Source: a virus
Taxonomy: Duplodnaviria; Caudoviricetes
Length of the DNA: 64,000 bases
Virus record (IMG/VR): IMGVR_UViG_3300016725_000002
Span: 32,001 to 96,000 of that record
Direction: 5' to 3' (one strand)
Part shown: positions 60,239 through 64,000 of the stretch, piece by piece
How the letters are laid out: every line of letters starts with the position of its first letter
Position numbering within the stretch: position 1 is the first letter of the stretch
Made by a program: the position numbers and the translations under genes
The notes under the pieces: model-generated
The model's input: the letters and a program-made list of their open reading frames with translations, nothing else
Told to the model about the DNA's origin: nothing
The model's database searches: none

Positions 60239-60272
60239 TAAAGCCCATACAATATATATTGTATGGGCTTTA
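60239..60272. terminator. Hairpin / probable terminator
   Basis: taaagcccatacaatat-atattgtatgggcttta palindrome. Confidence 0.65.
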
Positions 60273-61286
60273 TTAATATGCTATATAAATTCCACCAGAT
60301 TCCACCAGCCCTGACAATGATCCAGGGAAAAACTCATTAAGATTATTAGGTGTTGTGTCGATATTTATGATACTATTTAAATTCACTAAAAATCTCTTTC
60401 CTTGAAATAAACCGGCATTTTCTTGTTTATCTATATAATTGTATGTTTTATAAACAGGATGAACATCTAATCCGGAGCTTACATGTTTATAGCTTTGGAA
60501 AATGGAGTTATAAGAGCTAATAACAAATGCATCTATATTAACGCTTGTAGAGAATATATCTACGTTTTGTATTATATTAGAAGAAGAATTTAATAAAATT
60601 GAGAAAATGCAATTTATGTTTGGAGAATTAGATATGAATATATTATGAGTTTGTTTTCCTTGAATCGATGAAGTTGCACCATCTCTTGTTTTGATTACAC
60701 ATATATTTGGATTAGAAATATTTTCTAAAACATATTCACAGTTGTCAAGATAACACACGGTTCCATTTCCGGAAATATCTATAACATTAAACTCGTCTAT
60801 ACTAGAATTGTTTAGAGGGGCGAACGTAACGTTATAGAACCGATAGTCAGATGATTTAACTAAACACCTTCCCAATTTCACATTCTTTTTATTACCAGAT
60901 AAACTTCTTATAAAAATTGATCCTGTAGTTGATGTATATGCAGGAAATATCGTCTCATCATTTAAAGCATATGAGCCATCAGCTAAGTAAATGTTACAAG
61001 CATAATTAGATAAATTATACTTTTCTGATACAAAATTCAAAGCAAATTGGAGGGTTTTGAAAGGGAATGAGATCGATTTCCCTCTTTCAGAATCCTCATC
61101 ATCTATTCCTGTGGTTGAATTTACATAAAATGCTATACTATTTTTCAACCAAATATATGTATTAAGATCTTTACCTACCTGTGTTGTTATATTATCTAAA
61201 CTATCTAGTTCTGTTAAGAAAGAATGTGCCTCTATGAGAAATTTCAAAAGTTGAAATTTAGTTCCAAATGGATAAGTAAAATTCAT
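60273..61286 (-). CDS. Beta-helix (pectin-lyase-like) tail spike/fibre protein; paralog of 61286..62275
   Basis: YVNSTTGIDD...PFKTLQFAL...IYLADGSY...FPGS..G. Confidence 0.6.
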   Translation of the reverse strand: MNFTYPFGTKFQLLKFLIEAHSFLTELDSLDNITTQVGKDLNTYIWLKNSIAFYVNSTTGIDDEDSERGKSISFPFKTLQFALNFVSEKYNLSNYACNIYLADGSYALNDETIFPAYTSTTGSIFIRSLSGNKKNVKLGRCLVKSSDYRFYNVTFAPLNNSSIDEFNVIDISGNGTVCYLDNCEYVLENISNPNICVIKTRDGATSSIQGKQTHNIFISNSPNINCIFSILLNSSSNIIQNVDIFSTSVNIDAFVISSYNSIFQSYKHVSSGLDVHPVYKTYNYIDKQENAGLFQGKRFLVNLNSIINIDTTPNNLNEFFPGSLSGLVESGGIYIAY

Positions 61287-62275
61287 TATGAACTCCTCTT
61301 TGTTATATAAAATCCGTTATTAAGGCTTATAAAGCCGGCTGTATTGCCGGAGAAATAATTTTCTGTTTGATTTTCTTCTGTAAATAATTCTATTATTCCA
61401 TTTGTTGCTATATAATAATATCTACCAGTTAGACTTTCACCTGAGGAAGTAACTTTTGGAATTCTGCCTGAAATAAGTTTATTCTCTATCACTGCACCTG
61501 TCTGTGACGATGCACAACCTCTTGTAAATTTAGAAACCACAGTTAAAATTATATTAACGTCTTGTTCTATTGAGAGCAAGCTATTTCGTGCTGCAGTGAA
61601 TATTGCTACAACGGTCGGGCATTTGATATAAACATTAATAGGATTTTGTCCTTTAAAATAAAATTGACCTTTATTATCTATTGAAGTTGCATACATGTTT
61701 GCAGAGTTTAAATTCTCTAAAATAAAATCACAATTATAGATTTCGGTTTTAGAATAATTATTGCATGATATACATGAATTATTATTTGAAGAATCTTTGT
61801 ATTGTGAATTTAATGTTAAGTCTTTGAGAATATAAAACATTCTGCTATTTGATGCAATTTTTCCGACTTTTACATTTTGTTTATTTCCGGATAAACTACG
61901 GATAGTTATACATCCAGAAGAACTAATATAAATAGGAAGAGAAATCTGTTTATTTAATTCGTATTCTCCATCTGCTAAAAGAATTGTTGCCCCGAAGTTT
62001 AAAAGATTAAATCTAGAAGCAGTAAAATTCAATGCATATTGTAAGGTCTTAAAAGGTTTCGTAACTAATAATCCTCTATCTGCTTGAGTTTCATCGTCTA
62101 TACCAGAAGAAGAATTTACATAAATTTTCAGCTCTTCTGTTATATATGTGTATAAATTCAAGTTTTGAGAAACTCTTTTTGATATATTACTAATACTATT
62201 TAATTCATCTAAAAAATCATAACACTGTTTTATAAATTTAAGTATTTGAAGAGTTGATTTTGGTATTGAAAACAT
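61286..62275 (-). CDS. Beta-helix tail spike/fibre protein; paralog of 60273..61286
   Basis: YVNSSSGIDD...PFKTLQYAL...LLADGEY...IRSLSGNK. Confidence 0.6.
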   Translation of the reverse strand: MFSIPKSTLQILKFIKQCYDFLDELNSISNISKRVSQNLNLYTYITEELKIYVNSSSGIDDETQADRGLLVTKPFKTLQYALNFTASRFNLLNFGATILLADGEYELNKQISLPIYISSSGCITIRSLSGNKQNVKVGKIASNSRMFYILKDLTLNSQYKDSSNNNSCISCNNYSKTEIYNCDFILENLNSANMYATSIDNKGQFYFKGQNPINVYIKCPTVVAIFTAARNSLLSIEQDVNIILTVVSKFTRGCASSQTGAVIENKLISGRIPKVTSSGESLTGRYYYIATNGIIELFTEENQTENYFSGNTAGFISLNNGFYITKRSS

Positions 62276-62385
62276 AAATCCTACTCCTTAATATAAATTT
62301 GAATCCATTCATATAGAATGTTAAATATTTTTTGTTAAAAAATAGTGAATAATAATATATTAAAAAAATTATTATTCACTTTTAA

Positions 62386-62751
62386 TTAAATTTGAATTAA
62401 ATTTACAGTTCCGTTACCGCCATCACCACCAAAAATACTACTAGAAAGTTTTCCACCTATTCCACCCGTTGCTGTCATAGAAAGCATTCCATTTACAGTT
62501 AAATCACCTAATATATTTAAATATAACCCCTTACAACGTAAAGTCGGTGTAACCATATGTCCTGTATTAACGGTAAAATTGTTATATGTTTTAACTACTG
62601 GGTTACCATCAAGAGTTGAGGTAAACTGGTCATGTGCTATATCACCCGTTGATGAAAAATCACCTAAATTTGAAGTAAAACTAAAAATAGACTCATAGGT
62701 TGAAAGATAATCAGGAGAGAAACTTGTATTATAATTAAGTAGTTCTAGCAT
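62386..62751 (-). CDS. Internally shortened copy of the glycine-rich adhesin 57459..58508
   Basis: Near-identical FSFTSNLGDFSSTGDIAHDQF...LSMTA block joined directly to the C-terminal GG.GGNGTVNL. Confidence 0.75.
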   Translation of the reverse strand: MLELLNYNTSFSPDYLSTYESIFSFTSNLGDFSSTGDIAHDQFTSTLDGNPVVKTYNNFTVNTGHMVTPTLRCKGLYLNILGDLTVNGMLSMTATGGIGGKLSSSIFGGDGGNGTVNLIQI

Positions 62752-63248
62752 TTGTCCTCCAGTTCAAGTATAAATTGTTCTATCCAAGTTGTATGCTGTT
62801 TATCAAATTTATAAGTTTTCTTTGCAATTGTATTATAAAATTGTCTAAGTTTTAATACATTATGTGTAGTAATATATTCCATTGCTTTCCAGTCACTAAT
62901 CATATGTGCAATTTGGGCTTTGGTCATTTTATTAACATCTGAAAAGTATTCAGGATGATGGTCATTGTGTTGATAATGATATTTCCAAGCATCATCAGCT
63001 AATTTTTCAATTTCAGTAGAAGGGTAAGGAATATGTAAATTATAGTGAGCATTTATCCAAATATATCCAGAATATTCGGGTTCAATAAATTTAGAAGCAT
63101 CATGTTCTTTTACATCATTTAACAGATTATTTGCAATACTAGGATAGAGTTTTGCAATCATTTTTGCAAAATGCTGAACTAGTTGTATATGACGCTTAGT
63201 TCTTACTATAAAATCTTGTTCGTATGTATCAATTTCAGTATACTTCAT
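62745..63248 (-). CDS. HD-like protein (DUF5662-like)
   Basis: H...HDASKF...AW..HY..NDHHPEY...MISDW. Confidence 0.7.
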   Translation of the reverse strand: MKYTEIDTYEQDFIVRTKRHIQLVQHFAKMIAKLYPSIANNLLNDVKEHDASKFIEPEYSGYIWINAHYNLHIPYPSTEIEKLADDAWKYHYQHNDHHPEYFSDVNKMTKAQIAHMISDWKAMEYITTHNVLKLRQFYNTIAKKTYKFDKQHTTWIEQFILELEDKC

Positions 63249-63260
63249 AATGCTCCTCTT

Positions 63261-63584
63261 TTATAAACTGACTAATGACTGAAACCGTTTAGGAAGAAAT
63301 TTACTAAGTTTAGGTGAAATACTTATCTTATTGCATGTAAAACTATCTGGTGTAACAATAAATATATCTTCAGTTTTATACTTATCTCTAACCCATTTTG
63401 GATCTGAATTATTCACATCAATTATCTTATTTAAGGTCAATGTATTAATAATCCAATTCCTTAAATTAGACTTAACCCATTTTCTAACATTAAGATTAGT
63501 TGCTCGTTCTTCTAATTTATTTAAATATTCTATTGCACTATTTGAAAAATATACATTTCTAGCTAATATTTCAACATACTTCAT
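63261..63584 (-). CDS. Truncated paralog of the PcfJ-like proteins (N-terminal domain only)
   Basis: MKYVEILARNVY...NVRKWVKSNLRNWIIN...DPKWV aligns with the N-termini of 1..811 and 49217..50782. Confidence 0.65.
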   Translation of the reverse strand: MKYVEILARNVYFSNSAIEYLNKLEERATNLNVRKWVKSNLRNWIINTLTLNKIIDVNNSDPKWVRDKYKTEDIFIVTPDSFTCNKISISPKLSKFLPKRFQSLVSL

Positions 63585-63994
63585 AATTGAATACACTCAA
63601 TATTATTTTCAATTAGAAAATCTATCCCAGAAACATCTCTATCATATCGTTCAACATATTTTACACTTGATATTCCTGCTGCAAAGATTATCTTAGCACA
63701 ATGAATACAAGGTGAATGTGAAACATATAATGTACAATTATTAGTTGCTATTCCATGTTTAGCACAAAAACTAATTACATTTTGTTCTGCATGTAATTCA
63801 TATCTTACTGAAAAATTATGATGAAGCTGTGAAAAATTTTCATCAGCATATTCAAAAATATCACAACAATGTGTGTTACCAGAAGTAACTCCATTTTTAC
63901 CAGTTGCTATAATTCTATCGTCTTTAACAAGTAATGCAGCAACCTGAACTCTTTTACATGTAGAAGATTTTTGAATTATATTTAAGTGCTCCAT
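63581..63994 (-). CDS. dCMP deaminase (start may lie at or beyond the window edge)
   Basis: STCKRVQVAA, GKNG, HAEQN, HSPCIHC. Confidence 0.9.
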   Translation of the reverse strand: MEHLNIIQKSSTCKRVQVAALLVKDDRIIATGKNGVTSGNTHCCDIFEYADENFSQLHHNFSVRYELHAEQNVISFCAKHGIATNNCTLYVSHSPCIHCAKIIFAAGISSVKYVERYDRDVSGIDFLIENNIECIQL

Positions 63995-64000
63995 AAATAT

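Noticed and set aside
57459-62751. Diversity-generating retroelement or invertible shufflon at the adhesin locus
   Set aside because: No reverse transcriptase or recombinase in the window, all cassettes are co-oriented, and differences between duplicated blocks do not appear confined to adenines
2445-63696. All plus-strand ORFs in the track and short nested minus-strand ORFs (e.g. 35081..35377, 36258..36581, 44119..44523, 40801..41100)
   Set aside because: They are antisense or alternate-frame shadows of well-supported minus-strand genes, with no recognisable motifs; they cluster where GC is high
1-64000. Genome-wide stop-codon reassignment or selenocysteine read-through
   Set aside because: Standard-code ORFs tile the window densely and end at TAA, TAG and TGA next to the following gene; only one isolated internal TAA was found
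1-64000. CRISPR array, tRNA or rRNA genes
   Set aside because: No regularly spaced repeats or cloverleaf/T-loop signatures seen in the few intergenic gaps

Overview
This 64 kb window is part of the late/structural region of a large, AT-rich contractile-tailed (jumbo-myovirus-like) phage. All credible genes are on the minus strand. Structural genes include a major capsid protein, scaffold and prohead-protease candidates, tail sheath, tail tube, baseplate proteins and many tail-fibre/adhesin genes. Accessory genes include homing endonucleases, topoisomerase IB, dCMP deaminase, TraR/DksA and a methyl-accepting chemotaxis protein of Desulfovibrio-like appearance, which suggests an anaerobic host (inference). 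The standout system is a two-locus modification pathway. Locus 1 (1229-22923) is a ~21 kb operon with 16 radical SAM genes in three subfamilies, an amidinotransferase, a DegT-type aminotransferase, a glycosyltransferase-like gene and a tail-fibre-chaperone-like gene. Locus 2 (39477-42472) lies in the tail-fibre module: a rSAM/SPASM enzyme overlaps a 150-aa protein ending in four CxCxC(N/A)Y repeats, followed by paralogs of two locus 1 genes. This suggests RiPP-like chemistry and glycan tailoring of a virion protein. Other signals: a shared N-terminal MKY(I/V)x(I/V/L) leader on many unrelated proteins (candidate capsid-targeting signal), a duplicated covarying RNA motif flanking an HNH gene, a candidate three-hairpin sRNA, a candidate late-promoter motif CAGTTTA, and an MLELLNYN adhesin cassette family containing a nonsense allele and a deletion allele. 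All family assignments come from motif recognition by eye; no searches were run.
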